Source: a virus (taxonomy: Duplodnaviria; Caudoviricetes). From it: a stretch of DNA of 64,000 nt. This document shows positions 63,021-64,000 of this stretch, piece by piece. The position numbers and the translations under genes were made by a program. The DNA is taken from positions 19,812-83,811 of IMG/VR virus record IMGVR_UViG_3300031775_000001; one strand, given 5' to 3'. Under the pieces are notes generated by a model. That model was not told the DNA's origin and did no database searches. It was given only the letters and a program-made list of their open reading frames with translations. Positions within the stretch are counted from its first letter, which is position 1. The number at the start of each line of letters is the position of its first letter.

Positions 63021-64000
63021 GTGAGCAAGTTTAAAAATAGCGGAGAAGTCAAACTTTCTGAAGTTAAGGAGTGGATTGACGCACTAACTGAAAGCGGAGG
63101 GGGTTCTGGCGGTGGAGATTGCGAGATAAACAGCATCCTTTTTAACGTTGAAGCATTAACTGGATATGATAAGTGTCAAAAATTAAAGATAACCCTTTCC
63201 GAGCCCTCATCTGATCTAAATTTATATTCGTGGGCTTTTAGGATATATCAAAATGTAAAATCTTCTTGGATAAAAATCGGAGACGATCTAAGAATAGACG
63301 ATGGATCCTTGGAGGTAATAACGGAGAAATTAACAAAGGGAGATTTTAGAATAGAAGGAATTTTATACGAAAAAAGCTCTAATTTTGAATGCGAATTAGC
63401 CAAGACAATAAGATATCAAGGCAATCAAGAATGCGAATCTGAGCCGCCTATTGATGATAAAATAAATTGTTTCGACGAGAATTGCGATCCCCCATGCTTA
63501 TGCCCCAATGAGGGGGTTGACGGGTCAGGATCAATAACTGTAAAATTAAATCAAGACGAAATTCCTGAAAATGGTTATTTTATTTATGAAATACTTAAAT
63601 ACGAAACAGATTTAGAACAAGAAGATGATGATGAATTAATATTCGAGGACGAAGGGTTTTGCTTGGAGACTGAAGCCGGAAAAAAACTCCAACGAGACTC
63701 TCTGCGCGAAGATTTAGATGGCACATGTTTATCATACCAAGGTTTTGTCCCGACTTTTGGAGACACTGGACTTGTCGAAGATATTGTGGCGATAGGGGAC
63801 TGTATAGAGCCTGAGTTTTCAACATCTAGCGATCCTCATCAGCTGACAACCGATCATACTATTAATAACTCCTTGTCTTGTTTGAACACTCAAGGAGTCG
63901 CCTCTGATATAGATCAAGAAATAGCTATTCAATTAGAAAACAGCTTCTTTCTTCAAAGAGAAAACGAATTATCCATAGATATTCAAGGTGGCGCCCCAAA
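63021..64000 (+). CDS. acidic Cys-rich protein, probably virion; runs off window end
   Basis: GTG start after AGTGTAT motif; frame open to 64000 by manual translation; not in ORF track. Confidence 0.7.
   Translation, partial: MSKFKNSGEVKLSEVKEWIDALTESGGGSGGGDCEINSILFNVEALTGYDKCQKLKITLSEPSSDLNLYSWAFRIYQNVKSSWIKIGDDLRIDDGSLEVITEKLTKGDFRIEGILYEKSSNFECELAKTIRYQGNQECESEPPIDDKINCFDENCDPPCLCPNEGVDGSGSITVKLNQDEIPENGYFIYEILKYETDLEQEDDDELIFEDEGFCLETEAGKKLQRDSLREDLDGTCLSYQGFVPTFGDTGLVEDIVAIGDCIEPEFSTSSDPHQLTTDHTINNSLSCLNTQGVASDIDQEIAIQLENSFFLQRENELSIDIQGGAP

Noticed and set aside
1-64000. tRNA/rRNA genes and stop-codon recoding
   Set aside because: No T-loop/cloverleaf signature found by eye; long conserved genes are intact in the standard code and TAA, TAG and TGA all act as stops.

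Overview
64 kb of a large AT-rich dsDNA bacteriophage genome. It is gene-dense and almost all on the minus strand, with no rRNA or tRNA seen; the host is probably Gram-negative, since the phage carries a beta-barrel OMP, lipoproteins and GT9-like genes. 1-24 kb: early/accessory region of small ORFs behind sigma70-type promoters, with an expanded DpnD/PcfM-like family, a macro domain, ppa, a cupin, DUF1281 and a ParB-like gene. 24-38 kb: sigma factor, two paralogous multi-Fis-HTH proteins, porin, RuvB, Rad52-like protein and glycosyltransferases. 38-53 kb: ClpC and a replisome (DnaE split into PHP and core genes, DnaQ, guaC, Cas4/RecB-like nuclease, DnaG, DnaB). 53-64 kb: fibre/virion genes sharing a KISDL N-terminal module. 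Main discovery, 20.6-22.2 kb: a 402-aa TnpB-like RuvC nuclease with an intact D-E-D triad is followed by a 3-repeat/2-spacer CRISPR mini-array. No cas1, cas2 or tnpA is present in the window. A duplicated, covarying two-hairpin module flanks the gene on both sides. This looks like a phage-borne nascent type V (TnpB-to-Cas12 intermediate) system. All family calls come from motif recognition by eye; no database searches were run.
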